A stretch of DNA of 64,000 nucleotides from Vampirovibrionales bacterium (GTDB lineage: Bacteria; Cyanobacteriota; Vampirovibrionia; Vampirovibrionales; Vampirovibrionaceae). The DNA is taken from assembly GCA_029262635.1 (NCBI GenBank), contig JAJCZA010000005.1:535135-599134 (forward strand), given 5' to 3'. A model generated the notes under the pieces. It ran no database searches, was not told the origin of the DNA, and saw nothing but the letters and a program-made list of their open reading frames with translations. Positions 9,325-19,470 of this stretch are shown piece after piece; the first letter of the stretch is position 1, and each line of letters begins with the position of its first letter. A program made the position numbers and the translations under genes.

Positions 9325-10099
9325 AGTAGGGGATCCATTCCGGCATGGTCAGTCCTGCGGCCAATACCTTTTCTTCAACTTCCTGACGGTATTCCATGCG
9401 AACCACGTGGTTATCGCGTTTTTTTAGGCCTAGTTTTACGTAGGTCTGGCATCCAGGGGCGTTAGGTCGACCAAAGATGTTCATGACCCGAGGGTACCAT
9501 TTATTGAGCCCTTCCTGAAGCTCAACTTTGGTGTCTGGACTAGCGGCCAGCCGTTTGAACCAGGTATCTCCATGGACGACGTGCATCATTTCTTCCTTGA
9601 AAATGCTTTTGAGGCCGCGCATCCAAGGGGCGTAGCTTGATTCCAGCGTGTCTTCCAGTTGATGTCCGGCTCCTCGGTCCATAAGGAAGTTAAATAGAAT
9701 AAAATCAGTCCAGCTTTCGATGGGATAATAAAAAATATTCACCCGTTTATCTTGGGTTAGCCTTTCACTGGTCAGCTCTTGGCCCGAAGGCATTCGGAAA
9801 TGGTAGTCATGTTGCTTAATATAGCTTTCCACGTCCATGCCAAGTTCGGCCAGTAGATTAAACATAGCGTAAGCATGACGAATTTCGTCCTTGACGATTT
9901 GGGCGACCAACACTTTCTCGTGGATATCCGGGGCTTTCTCAATCCATGGAATATAACCATAAGCACCAGCTAGTTCAGAGTCTGCTTGTTGAAGCAGGAG
10001 GTTTGTCAGCGCTGTTCGATACTCTTCAGACATGTCGTTATTGGCTTCAATTTTTTCACCTGCGTTGATTTTTTCTACAAATTCTTCTGCGGTTACCAT
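9308..10099 (-). CDS. PaaA/PaaC-family ferritin-like diiron protein (lone copy)
   Basis: aligns by eye to PaaA core (YRTALTNLLLQQADSELAG / KDEIRH / EEMMHVVHG, ExxH pairs conserved); 263 aa, shorter than PaaA; no paaB/C/D/E nearby. Confidence 0.65.
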   Translation of the reverse strand: MVTAEEFVEKINAGEKIEANNDMSEEYRTALTNLLLQQADSELAGAYGYIPWIEKAPDIHEKVLVAQIVKDEIRHAYAMFNLLAELGMDVESYIKQHDYHFRMPSGQELTSERLTQDKRVNIFYYPIESWTDFILFNFLMDRGAGHQLEDTLESSYAPWMRGLKSIFKEEMMHVVHGDTWFKRLAASPDTKVELQEGLNKWYPRVMNIFGRPNAPGCQTYVKLGLKKRDNHVVRMEYRQEVEEKVLAAGLTMPEWIPYYEQKN

Positions 10100-10122
10100 G
10101 GTTTGGTTCTCCTTACGTTTAA

Positions 10123-10962
10123 TTATTTTCCAGTGAACACGGCTTCCCGTTTATCGAGAAATGCAGAAACCCCTTCCTGGTAATCGGTGGTCTGGCCAGC
10201 GATCTCCTGGAGGTGGGCTTCATAGTCCAGATAGTTCTCTAAATCTGAGGTTAGTCCCTTATTCATGGCGCGTTTAATTAAGCCAATGGCTTTAGTGGGG
10301 CCTTTTCCAAGCGTCTGAGCTAACACATTAGTCTCTGTTTTTAGGGTTTCTGCCGGGTAAATCCTGTTGACTAGCCCGTAATCGAGGGCTACTTCTGCTG
10401 AAATCTTATTACCCAGTAAAGCCAGCTCCATGGCACGCCCCATACCAACGAGGCGAGGCAACGTCCAACAAGCGCCTGAATCAGGGATCAACCCTACTTT
10501 GACAAAGGCCTGAATAAAACTGGCTTTCTCCGAAGCAATGCGCAAATCGCAGGCGAAAGCGATACTGGCACCCGCACCAGCGGCCACCCCATTAACCATG
10601 GCAATGACGGGTTTTTCTAGGGTGCGCAGTTTTTGGATAATCGGGCTATAGCGCTTTCGAATAGAGTCGCCTAGATGAGGACTGTCTCCGTTACTGGCGG
10701 TAACGCTACGACTTTGAAGATCTTGTCCGGCACAAAAGCCTCGTCCGGCGCCCGTGAGGATAATACAGCGAACTGCTTGATTTCGCTCGGCGGATTTTAA
10801 TGCCTTTTGTAATTCGAAGCTGAGTTCGTCATTAAAAGCGTTCAGGCAGTCAGGGCGATTTAAGGTTAGGGTTAGCACACCCTCCGCATTGAGTTCTTCG
10901 AGTAACCACTGGGTTTCAGTTTTTGCTTGAGTCATTTCGATGCCTCCTATTGATGCTGCCAT
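10123..10962 (-). CDS. enoyl-CoA hydratase/isomerase, PaaG-like
   Basis: crotonase fold, LTLNRPDCLNAF, GFCAGQDL oxyanion-hole motif. Confidence 0.8.
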   Translation of the reverse strand: MAASIGGIEMTQAKTETQWLLEELNAEGVLTLTLNRPDCLNAFNDELSFELQKALKSAERNQAVRCIILTGAGRGFCAGQDLQSRSVTASNGDSPHLGDSIRKRYSPIIQKLRTLEKPVIAMVNGVAAGAGASIAFACDLRIASEKASFIQAFVKVGLIPDSGACWTLPRLVGMGRAMELALLGNKISAEVALDYGLVNRIYPAETLKTETNVLAQTLGKGPTKAIGLIKRAMNKGLTSDLENYLDYEAHLQEIAGQTTDYQEGVSAFLDKREAVFTGK

Positions 10963-11738
10963 TCGGCTGGACGCTTTTCCATGAAGGCGGTCATGCCCTC
11001 TTTCTGGTCTTGTGAGGCAAACAGCAGGTAGAACAGCTTGCGTTCGTAATCGAGTCCGCCTTCAATGGTGGTATCAAATGATTTTAAGATGGCTTCTTTC
11101 GCCAGTTTTACGGCGACACCGGGTTTGTTCGCAATGGTTTTAGCGAGGACTTTGGCTTCATCCAATACCACTTCATCGGGCACGACTTTCGTGATGAGTT
11201 CCATGTCGTAGGCTTCCTGGGCTCCAAACATGCGACCCGTAAGAATCAACTCCATAGCACGGGCTTTACCGATGGCGCGAGTCAATCGTTGGGTACCTCC
11301 CGCACCAGGAATAACACCAATACTGATTTCCGGCTGACCAAATTTAGCGCCTTCGCCGGCAATAATCATGTCGCACATCATGGCCAACTCACAGCCGCCA
11401 CCTAAGGCGAACCCATTAATAGCGGCAATGATCGGTTTCTTCAGTTTGCGGACTCGATCCCATCGAGCCAGTTGATCAATGAGCAACATGTCCACAGCGG
11501 ATTTATCAGCCATTCGCTTGATATCAGCCCCGGCGGCAAAGGCTTTGGCGTTGCCCGTCACAATCAGGCACCCGATGGTGTCATCGTTGTCAAACGTTTC
11601 CAGGGCGTCCACCAGTTCGACCATTAAGTCCGGGCTGATAGCATTCAGCACATCGGGCCGATTAAGCTGGACAATGCCGACCCGGCCGTCTTTTTGGGTC
11701 AAAATATATTGATATTCCGTTGTGGTAGTGGTTGCCAT
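10947..11738 (-). CDS. enoyl-CoA hydratase (crotonase/PaaF-like)
   Basis: GIVQLNRPDVLNA, AFAAGADIK, GGGCELAMMCD motifs. Confidence 0.85.
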   Translation of the reverse strand: MATTTTTEYQYILTQKDGRVGIVQLNRPDVLNAISPDLMVELVDALETFDNDDTIGCLIVTGNAKAFAAGADIKRMADKSAVDMLLIDQLARWDRVRKLKKPIIAAINGFALGGGCELAMMCDMIIAGEGAKFGQPEISIGVIPGAGGTQRLTRAIGKARAMELILTGRMFGAQEAYDMELITKVVPDEVVLDEAKVLAKTIANKPGVAVKLAKEAILKSFDTTIEGGLDYERKLFYLLFASQDQKEGMTAFMEKRPAEWQHQ

Positions 11739-11763
11739 CGTCTATACCCTCTTTCGGTAAATG

Positions 11764-12627
11764 CTATTCCAACAGTTCTTTTCTTAGCATGCGGTAGTCG
11801 GGCTTGCGTTTTTCGACAAATGCCCGGGTGCCTTCGCCGGTTTCCAGACTGCCGGAGTGGATGGTCAGCCAGTCTCGGGCATGACCAATGGTCATGCCCC
11901 AGGAAAAATCCCGCCAGAAGTTTAGTTGTTGTTTGGTGTAGCGGGTGCATTCCGGTAGTTTATTTAGAAGCCTATCGGCCATGGCTTCAACGGCTGTGTC
12001 CAGTTGTTCTCGTGGCACTACTTGATTCACTAGGCCCCACTCTAAAGCTGTTCCAATCGGGATTTCTTCACACAGAAGCAGGATTTCCCGTGCCCGACGA
12101 TCGCCCACAATTAAAGGCAACCATTGGGTAGCGCCACCGGCAGCAACCGACCCATGAGCCGAGCCCACCTGGCGGATGTAAGTGTCCTCCACGGCAATGG
12201 CTAAGTCACAAGCCATGTTCAGTTCGTTGCCGCCGCCGACGACGATGCCATTAATCCGGGCAATAGTTGGTTTGCCAACGTTTCGGAGCTTTTCGTGCAT
12301 GTCAATGAACCCGCCCATCCACTTCCAGTAGTCACGCGGACGGTCCAGAAAGTTGGCGGCTTGTTCTTTCAGATCGGCACCAGTACAAAAAGCTCGTTCC
12401 CCGGCTCCCGTATAAATTACCACACCGACTTCATCATCCCACGAGGCGTCTTCCGTGGCTCGAATGATTTCTCGAAAAGTGAGAAAGTCAAAGGCGTTTA
12501 GGCTTTTCGGGCGGTTTAGAGTAATTTTGGCTCGCCCATTGTATTTTTCATAAATAATATTCTGAAACCCCATTTCTTCAGGTTTTTCAGCACCTAACAT
12601 GGGGTGTGTCTTACGGGTTGTTGTCAT
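11764..12627 (-). CDS. crotonase-superfamily enzyme, MenB/BadI-like subgroup
   Basis: ITLNRPKSLNAF, AFCTGADLKEQ; longer, MenB-like C-terminus. Confidence 0.7.
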   Translation of the reverse strand: MTTTRKTHPMLGAEKPEEMGFQNIIYEKYNGRAKITLNRPKSLNAFDFLTFREIIRATEDASWDDEVGVVIYTGAGERAFCTGADLKEQAANFLDRPRDYWKWMGGFIDMHEKLRNVGKPTIARINGIVVGGGNELNMACDLAIAVEDTYIRQVGSAHGSVAAGGATQWLPLIVGDRRAREILLLCEEIPIGTALEWGLVNQVVPREQLDTAVEAMADRLLNKLPECTRYTKQQLNFWRDFSWGMTIGHARDWLTIHSGSLETGEGTRAFVEKRKPDYRMLRKELLE

Positions 12628-12632
12628 GAGCG

Positions 12633-12968
12633 TTAATAAACTCCTGCGCCTTCAATGGTGGATACTTCGGATGTCACCATGGTGACGTATTTTGAGGCAA
12701 AGCTCATAAGGTTATCCCCGGCAGCCTGACCTTCTGGTGATTTTAACGCGTTTTTTAGTGCGTCCATACTATCAAAGGTGAGTTCAGCGACCATATAATG
12801 AGGTAGGTCACCGCCCATCATGTTTTTAGTGAGCTTGGATACTTCAACACGAGCTAATCCTGGCATTTTTTGAGCTAATGGCAAGTGGGTCTCAAAGTAT
12901 TGGCGGTCAAAATCTTCCGGATTATCCGGTTGGGAGTAGAAAGCAAAGAGTTTTGCGGCTTTTGACAT
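12633..12968 (-). CDS. EthD/Dabb-like small alpha+beta barrel protein
   Basis: 111 aa; first gene of the operon; SD GGAGGG upstream of ATG 12968; tentative family call. Confidence 0.45.
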   Translation of the reverse strand: MSKAAKLFAFYSQPDNPEDFDRQYFETHLPLAQKMPGLARVEVSKLTKNMMGGDLPHYMVAELTFDSMDALKNALKSPEGQAAGDNLMSFASKYVTMVTSEVSTIEGAGVY

Positions 12969-13108
12969 GGTTTAAATACCCTCCAGGCCGACATAATCGG
13001 CTCTCTCTGATTGAATGACAAACCAGTATGACACCTGATTTGCGCCTATTTTGTCACAAACGAAACAGAGAATCAAAAGAAATACCCGTGGACAGGTAGG
13101 AGCGTTTT

Positions 13109-14416
13109 TTATTTGGAATAGCTTTCGGCCACCAGCTCAATGGGGTGTGCTATGCGCATGGGGTTGGCGTTTTCCTGAAGCCCTTTGGTAATTTGAAGAA
13201 GGCAACCAGGGTTACCCGTGACCAGTGTTTGAGCTTGAGTCGCTTCGATGTGCCGAATTTTTTCCGCCAAGATGTCATTACTCAGCTCCGGGTGTTCCAA
13301 ATTATAGATGCCCGCACTGCCGCAGCAAAAAGCAGCGTCTTTTAATGGGAGGAGGGTGAGTCCTTCGATCTGGTGGAGAACGTTTTCAGGTTCGTTAATA
13401 ATACCCTGAGCATGGTGTAGGTGGCAGGCGGCATGGTAAGCTACGGTTTGGGGTATGGGAAGGCGACAAGGCTTTAAGGGTTTTTTGGCTAATAGAGCCA
13501 TGATATCTACGGTTTTTTCTGAGAAAAGGCGAGATTTTTCAGCGTAGATTCCGTCATTGGCCAGTAGTTTCGTATAGTCTTTTAGCGTGGATCCGCATCC
13601 GGCCGAATTAGTGATAACCCAGTCGGGTTGGGATCTTAAAATGGAAAGCACGTTTTTCCGAGCCAGTTTTTTTGCAATGTCGTCTTCCCCGCCATGGTAG
13701 GCCAGTGCACCACAACAGGTTTGTTCTGGGAGTGTGACGTAATAACCGTTATTGACCAATGCCTTAATGGTCGCCCAATGGACAGAGTTATACATGACAT
13801 CCATGATACAGCCTGTGAATAAAGCGACACGTTCGTGTTCAGGGTTTCCAAACGACATGCCGATGTTAAATGGTTTGTGTTGGGGGATGGGAGGAATAAG
13901 CGCTTCGTAATGTTGAATTAGTGGGAGGAGGCTTAGGACATTTGAAAATCGGACAAGACGTTGAAGTCCGGCTTTTTGATACAGACGAAGCCAGAAGGCC
14001 CCAAACTGAAGTAAGTTGGAGTTGGGTAGAACTGTTTGAAAGAAAAAGCGCTTGAGATGGCGAATGAACGGATTTTTCTGGGTTAAGAACATCTTTTGGG
14101 ACTGATGAAGAATATCGCCGTAGGGCACCCCGGAAGGACAAGCTGTTTCACAGGCGAGGCAACCGAGGCACTGGCTCAGGTGAGGTTCTATTTGCTTTGG
14201 CTGGAGATGCTCGTTGGGCTCGTCTGATTCGTTTTTAGCGTCCTGTAACATGTGCTTTAACAGGTAAAGTCGGCCTCGAGGAGATTCTACCTCGGAGCCA
14301 GTTACCTTATAAGTGGGGCAAACGGGTAGGCAGAAACCACAGTGAATACACGATTTCAACGAATTCAGCAGACTGTTTGTGGAAGGTAGAGGTGTTGAGG
14401 GTTCAGAAAAGGTCAT
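13109..14416 (-). CDS. glcF: glycolate oxidase iron-sulfur subunit GlcF-type (2x[4Fe-4S] + two CCG domains)
   Basis: CIHCGFCLPVCP and CLGCLACETACP ferredoxin motifs; CCG-domain motifs TCCGALAYHGG and AFCCGSAG. Confidence 0.85.
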   Translation of the reverse strand: MTFSEPSTPLPSTNSLLNSLKSCIHCGFCLPVCPTYKVTGSEVESPRGRLYLLKHMLQDAKNESDEPNEHLQPKQIEPHLSQCLGCLACETACPSGVPYGDILHQSQKMFLTQKNPFIRHLKRFFFQTVLPNSNLLQFGAFWLRLYQKAGLQRLVRFSNVLSLLPLIQHYEALIPPIPQHKPFNIGMSFGNPEHERVALFTGCIMDVMYNSVHWATIKALVNNGYYVTLPEQTCCGALAYHGGEDDIAKKLARKNVLSILRSQPDWVITNSAGCGSTLKDYTKLLANDGIYAEKSRLFSEKTVDIMALLAKKPLKPCRLPIPQTVAYHAACHLHHAQGIINEPENVLHQIEGLTLLPLKDAAFCCGSAGIYNLEHPELSNDILAEKIRHIEATQAQTLVTGNPGCLLQITKGLQENANPMRIAHPIELVAESYSK

Positions 14417-15690
14417 GAGCTGGACGATTCCTTTGTGTGAGAAGGGCTTGAAAAGACCAGGTGACGAGAGTGTAAGATATTATGCGGATCATACAGGGCT
14501 TTTAGTTGGTACATCAAGGCTTGAGCGACTGGGTCGTTAGGCAGGTTTAGTTTTTGAGTTAGGCTGAGAAAATCGGAGGGAAAGTCCAGTAGCTGGAGAT
14601 GCCCGCCTTGGTTCTGGGCTAATTTAGCCAGTTGCTTTAAAGGTTGTTTGAGTTTGGTCAATTGGGGCATATTGTCGGGCTGCCATATCAGGTGTACAAA
14701 CCCAGCGGCAAGACGAAGCTGGATGGGGTAGCTTTTGACTTCCGGGAACAAGGACTCAATTTCTTTTAGTGTTTTTCGTAAGGCGGACAAACCTTTGGGT
14801 ATGGTCAGACGAAGGAGGTGGGACTGATCCAGATGTGTCCGCTTTAGAAAAGATCGGGTTGTCTGGCTTGAGGTCGGTTTTGGGTTGCCCAGACAAGCTT
14901 TCAGTTCAGCCTCCAGCGTGCTGAATGAGTTTTTGGTTCCCTGCGCTCGGATCCAGAGTGCCCAGGATTCTTTTTGAAATAGTTCGCAGGCCGTGAGTTG
15001 GTGTCGGTGTTGATGAAGCCAGGGGAGCAAATCTTCCAGCCACGGGTGATGGGGTGACGAAACATAAAAGCCCCAGTCTTGAGTGGCCTCGGGTAGTGGA
15101 GCTAGTTTGAGGGTGACAGCGGTAATGACTCCCAGCGTATGATGGCTCCCGGTGTAGAATTTATTGAGGTCATATCCGGTGACGTTTTTAACCACCTCGC
15201 CACCGTAATGGGTGATTTCTCCATCGGGTGTTACCATTTCCAGGCCCAGCACGTAATCTCGAGGGTAACCGCCTGAAAGCCCTGTTTCCGCCGCTGGGCG
15301 GTCCTGAGCGATGACATCGGCGAGTAAGAGATCGTCCGGGTAGCTTAAGGGGAACTGTTGGCCTTGACTCGCGAGGGTTTGTCTTAGTTCACCCATGGTA
15401 ATGCCGGTTTCTACGGTAATGATTAGGTCATTTATTCGGTGGTTTCTAATGGTTTTTAGGTGTTTCATGTTCATCCAGAGGGGGTGTTCCATTAGTAGAG
15501 CGTCGTTATAGTTTAGAGAGAGAGGCCTCTTTTGTTGAACGGATATATGGAGGAGCTGGGCAACTTGTTCCACCTTGTTGGGGGTGAGAATGAACCCTTC
15601 GGTCTGGATGTCACCAATGGATAATGGTTGAATGACGGATGAGCTTTCCAGGGCTTCCAGTTCTTGGGTTGAAAGATCCATTAAATCCAT
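14413..15690 (-). CDS. glcE: glycolate oxidase FAD-binding subunit GlcE-type (with about 150-aa C-terminal extension)
   Basis: PCMH-type FAD-binding domain; 4-nt overlap with glcF, 10-nt overlap with glcD. Confidence 0.75.
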   Translation of the reverse strand: MDLMDLSTQELEALESSSVIQPLSIGDIQTEGFILTPNKVEQVAQLLHISVQQKRPLSLNYNDALLMEHPLWMNMKHLKTIRNHRINDLIITVETGITMGELRQTLASQGQQFPLSYPDDLLLADVIAQDRPAAETGLSGGYPRDYVLGLEMVTPDGEITHYGGEVVKNVTGYDLNKFYTGSHHTLGVITAVTLKLAPLPEATQDWGFYVSSPHHPWLEDLLPWLHQHRHQLTACELFQKESWALWIRAQGTKNSFSTLEAELKACLGNPKPTSSQTTRSFLKRTHLDQSHLLRLTIPKGLSALRKTLKEIESLFPEVKSYPIQLRLAAGFVHLIWQPDNMPQLTKLKQPLKQLAKLAQNQGGHLQLLDFPSDFLSLTQKLNLPNDPVAQALMYQLKALYDPHNILHSRHLVFSSPSHTKESSSS

Positions 15691-17090
15691 GCGCCTCCTG
15701 TGGTTAATAAGGGATTGCTGATGGAAAGGTGTGTTTCACCACAACCAGCTCGGATAGGAAATATTTTAAGGGGGTTAGACAGTTGCTGAGGGTCGAAAGC
15801 GGCTTTAATTTGTTTCATCTTGTTCAAGTCGGCCTCGGAAAACAGACGGGACATATATTTGGATTTTTCAATGCCAATGCCGTGTTCGCCACTCAGGACA
15901 CCGCCTGCTTGAAGGCAAACGTCTAAAATCTCCTCACCTCCTTTTAAAATCCGTTGGAGCATATCAGCATCGTCCGGGTCGAACAGGATATTGGGGTGTA
16001 GGTTGCCGTCGCCGGCATGGAAGACATTGCCGATAAGGATTTGGTGCTTTTTGCCAATGGCCAAAATCTTTTTCAGTACAGAGGTGAGCTCACTGCGTGG
16101 AATCACCGTATCGTGAAGATAAAAGGCGGGTTGGAATCGTCCGTAAGCGGCAACTGCACCTTTTCGAGCGGCCCAAATGGCTTGCCGATCTTCGGCGGTC
16201 TGAGCGGAACGGGTCTGCTGGGCGTTATTCTCCGAGAGGATGGCCATGAGTCGGTCTTCCTGATCCAGAACAACATGGAGGGTTCCGTCCAGCTCAATGA
16301 GAAGAACGGCTTCGCTGTCTTCAGGAAAGCCAATGTCATAAGCCTGATTAACGGCTTTGACCGTAAAGGCATCCATAAATTCCAGTGCGGATGGGATAAG
16401 GCCGCTGGCGATAATCTGAGATACAGCGTTTCCTGCCGATTCAATGGTGGAAAACGTCGCGAGATAAGCACGAATTTCTGTGGGCTTGGGGGTTAGTTGA
16501 ACGGTGGCTTGGGTGATAATGCCCAGCGTGCCTTCGGATCCGACTAACAGACCAATTAAATTCAAACCATGAGAAGAACGGGTTTTTCCACCGAGTCGGG
16601 TTATTTTACCATCTGGAAGGACGACTTCCAGTGCCAGAATATGATCCGTGGTGACGCCGTATTTAATACAGTGGATGCCACCAGCATTTTCCGCGATATT
16701 CCCGCCGAGGGTGCAGGCAGACTGGCTCGAGGGGTCGGGGGCATAGAACAGCCCGGTTGCCTCTAATGCTTGATTTAGGTGGGCGTTAACGACGCCCACT
16801 TCCACCGTGGCGGTGTGGTTCTCCGTGTCGATTTCCAGAATCTGATCCATGCGGTTTAGGCTGATGAGAACGCCGCCCTTTAAGGGAAGCGCACCGCCGG
16901 ATAGCCCGGTTCCCGCACCCCGAGCTGTAAAAGGGATTTTATGGGTGTGGCAAAAGCTAACCACCTGACTGACTTCTTGTGTGGTCTTGGGGAGTACCAC
17001 AATTTCCGGGGCGTTTTTTATCAGCAGGCAGGCGTCACATTCGTAGGCAATAAGTTCTTCCGGGCCGTCAAGAACAAAGCGGTGACCCAC
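15681..17090 (-). CDS. glcD: glycolate oxidase subunit GlcD (FAD-linked oxidase)
   Basis: FAD_binding_4 plus FAD-oxidase C-terminal domain (GTLGIIT, HAGDGNLHPNI). Confidence 0.9.
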   Translation of the reverse strand: MGHRFVLDGPEELIAYECDACLLIKNAPEIVVLPKTTQEVSQVVSFCHTHKIPFTARGAGTGLSGGALPLKGGVLISLNRMDQILEIDTENHTATVEVGVVNAHLNQALEATGLFYAPDPSSQSACTLGGNIAENAGGIHCIKYGVTTDHILALEVVLPDGKITRLGGKTRSSHGLNLIGLLVGSEGTLGIITQATVQLTPKPTEIRAYLATFSTIESAGNAVSQIIASGLIPSALEFMDAFTVKAVNQAYDIGFPEDSEAVLLIELDGTLHVVLDQEDRLMAILSENNAQQTRSAQTAEDRQAIWAARKGAVAAYGRFQPAFYLHDTVIPRSELTSVLKKILAIGKKHQILIGNVFHAGDGNLHPNILFDPDDADMLQRILKGGEEILDVCLQAGGVLSGEHGIGIEKSKYMSRLFSEADLNKMKQIKAAFDPQQLSNPLKIFPIRAGCGETHLSISNPLLTTGGAWI

Positions 17091-17294
17091 GATTTTTCGG
17101 AGATGGGCAACGCTAGCTTTTAATGTAATGGTGATGATAAAACGCTCCAGGACAAAATGCGAAGGGGTGAATCTATTATAGAAGAAAACGCCGTGAGGAA
17201 AATACGAGGTGTAAGTGAGGTGTGTTGGAGGTCTCTGTTTGGTGATAAGATAAAGGCCAATCGTTGGAATGATAAAAATGGAGAGGGTATTAAT

Positions 17295-17849
17295 ATGACC
17301 ATGACAGGAAGTGAATTAAGCGATAAGCGAGTCCTGATTTTTGCGGGTCCTGACTATGAGGATTCCGAGTTAATGTATCCTTTGCTCCGTTTTAAAGAGG
17401 CGGGAGCTGAGGTAAAAGTGGCCGGGCTAGGTGAAAAGACCTACCAAGGCAAAAAAGGAACTACCGTGGATGTAGACGGTAGTGCGGAAGATTTTGTTGT
17501 CGGCTATTGGGATTTAGTCGTAATTCCCGGTGGTTGGGCGCCGGATAAGATGCGGATGAATGAAGCCGTGCTGAAAATTGTTCGAAAAGCGGTGGAGTCA
17601 GACAATCTGGTGGCGGCTATCTGTCATGCGGGTTGGGTTTTGGTTTCGGCGGATGTGGTTCAAGGCAAAAAAGTGACCAGCTATCGGGCGATTAAAGATG
17701 ATATGGTGAACGCCGGTGCCACATGGGTGGATGCGGAAGTGGTGGTGGACGGTAATCTAGTGACGTCTCGAACGCCGGCGGATTTACCGGCTTTTTGTCG
17801 TACGTTGGTTAGCCTGATGACTCAAACGCTTGCTGTACCGACTGCTTGA
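17295..17849 (+). CDS. DJ-1/PfpI-family protein
   Basis: AAICHAGWVL nucleophile-elbow Cys motif; start moved to ATG 17295 with SD GGAGAGGG upstream (ORF track starts at 17157). Confidence 0.85.
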   Translation: MTMTGSELSDKRVLIFAGPDYEDSELMYPLLRFKEAGAEVKVAGLGEKTYQGKKGTTVDVDGSAEDFVVGYWDLVVIPGGWAPDKMRMNEAVLKIVRKAVESDNLVAAICHAGWVLVSADVVQGKKVTSYRAIKDDMVNAGATWVDAEVVVDGNLVTSRTPADLPAFCRTLVSLMTQTLAVPTA

Positions 17850-17872
17850 GATTAGGGCGGTTAGTCAGGCAA

Positions 17873-18763
17873 TTATCGATTAAATGAAACAAACGGGCGG
17901 ATGAGCGTTTGTAGTAATTTTTCAGGGCTCTCCAGATCCAGGGTTTGTTTCCGTTTGTATTGGATCATGGCGAGGCGAGCCAATAATGCCGCATGCCATC
18001 CATAACGGTTCGCCTGAATGTAATCGAGCAACGCTTCATAACAGGCCAGGGTATTTTCCTGTGTGTGTGTATCCCGGGTGTATGTGCGGTGCATGTTGTT
18101 TCGGTGGATTCGGTAAGAGACCATGGGTTCTGGGTCATAGTAAACATCCCATCCCAATGAAAATTGCATCCACAGATGCCAATCGCCGGTATGCGTGAGC
18201 TTGGGGTTGTAATGGCCCGCTTTTTCGTAGCAGGCTTTTCGGGCCATGGCCGCCACAACGGGGACAAAATTCTCTTGTACGATTTTTTTGTAAAAGGCCC
18301 GGCCCGGATATACGGTAGGTGTTTCTGCCAGTTTCGGGTAATTTAGCCGGGGCACCCATTTTTCGACCGGTTGGCTCTCCTCATCCATCACTTGAGCTCG
18401 ACAAAACGCCAATCCGGTAGCCGGGCCTTGCTCAAATACGGTCATGTACCGCTGAAGAATATCGGGCGAAGTGAGGCAATCATCCGCTGACACACACCAA
18501 AGAAATTCGCCTTGGGCCATGGCGATGCCGTGATTGTAATTGGCCATATGGCCTTTATTCTTTTTATGGCGGATATATATAACCCGTGGGTCGTTTTTTG
18601 CAAGTTGATTGGCGACTTCGGGTGTTTGATCCCGAGAGCAGTCATCTAGAATCAAGATCTCGAAATCTTCATAAGACTGCTTTAAAATCGAATGGACACA
18701 CTCCGCTAAGTAGTGTCCATATTGATAGGTTGGAACGAAAAAAGTGACCCGTGGCTTTCTCAT
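17873..18763 (-). CDS. family-2 glycosyltransferase
   Basis: FFVPTYQYGHYLAECVHSILKQSY...ILILDDCSRD (GT-A DxD region); ORF track start 18835 is GTG, ATG at 18763 preferred. Confidence 0.8.
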   Translation of the reverse strand: MRKPRVTFFVPTYQYGHYLAECVHSILKQSYEDFEILILDDCSRDQTPEVANQLAKNDPRVIYIRHKKNKGHMANYNHGIAMAQGEFLWCVSADDCLTSPDILQRYMTVFEQGPATGLAFCRAQVMDEESQPVEKWVPRLNYPKLAETPTVYPGRAFYKKIVQENFVPVVAAMARKACYEKAGHYNPKLTHTGDWHLWMQFSLGWDVYYDPEPMVSYRIHRNNMHRTYTRDTHTQENTLACYEALLDYIQANRYGWHAALLARLAMIQYKRKQTLDLESPEKLLQTLIRPFVSFNR

Positions 18764-18874
18764 TAGAGGGTTATTATAACCGAACCTGAGAAAAAGGAGA
18801 GGGAATAAAAGAAGGTGATACGATGAAAAGTTCACCAGTCAATAAAACGATAGTAAAAAAGGAGTTTACGGGCG

Positions 18875-19360
18875 ATGACGATGGAAAAAGAACAAGCGTT
18901 ATTGGGAGCGGGATGCTTTTGGGGTGTTGAAGCCACATTTCGAAAGATTGAGGGGGTGTTGGAAACTGCCGTAGGCTACTCTGGCGGCGATGTGGTTAAT
19001 CCTACTTACGAAGACGTTTGCACGGGCATTACTGATCATGCTGAGGTTGTTCATATTGTCTTTGATCCGAAGGTGGTTTCTTATCGTATGCTGTTAACTG
19101 TTTTTTGGCAGGTTCATGATCCCACGACCCCGAATCGGCAAGGGCCGGATCAAGGGACCCAGTATCGTTCGGTTGTTTTTTGCTATAGCGATGCTCAACA
19201 TGCCGAAGCCCAGCAAATAAAACAAGAGTTTGAAGAAGCTAAAAAATTTTCACAGCCCATTGTGACCGAAATAACGCCGGCCTCTCTCTTTTATCGGGCA
19301 GAAGAATATCATCAGCGTTATTTTGAAAAACAAGGTCGTGGTCATTGTTATAGACCATAG
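18875..19360 (+). CDS. msrA: peptide-methionine (S)-S-oxide reductase MsrA
   Basis: GAGCFWGVE active-site motif, full-length 161 aa. Confidence 0.9.
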   Translation: MTMEKEQALLGAGCFWGVEATFRKIEGVLETAVGYSGGDVVNPTYEDVCTGITDHAEVVHIVFDPKVVSYRMLLTVFWQVHDPTTPNRQGPDQGTQYRSVVFCYSDAQHAEAQQIKQEFEEAKKFSQPIVTEITPASLFYRAEEYHQRYFEKQGRGHCYRP

Positions 19361-19470
19361 AACTTATTTTAAATGTAACAAAACTGCAATATTAACAAGC
19401 ACCAAGAGCAATCTTAATAAAATATTTGTTTTTATATAAATAGCATATGTAAAACAGGCAAAAAGAGAGC

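Noticed and set aside
12969-13108. Terminator for glcF / operator for the paa-like operon
   Set aside because: No convincing hairpin plus U-tract or palindrome found in the 140-bp gap.
16017-16496. 159-aa plus-strand and 122-aa minus-strand ORFs inside glcD
   Set aside because: Fully embedded in a strongly supported FAD-oxidase gene; no motifs.
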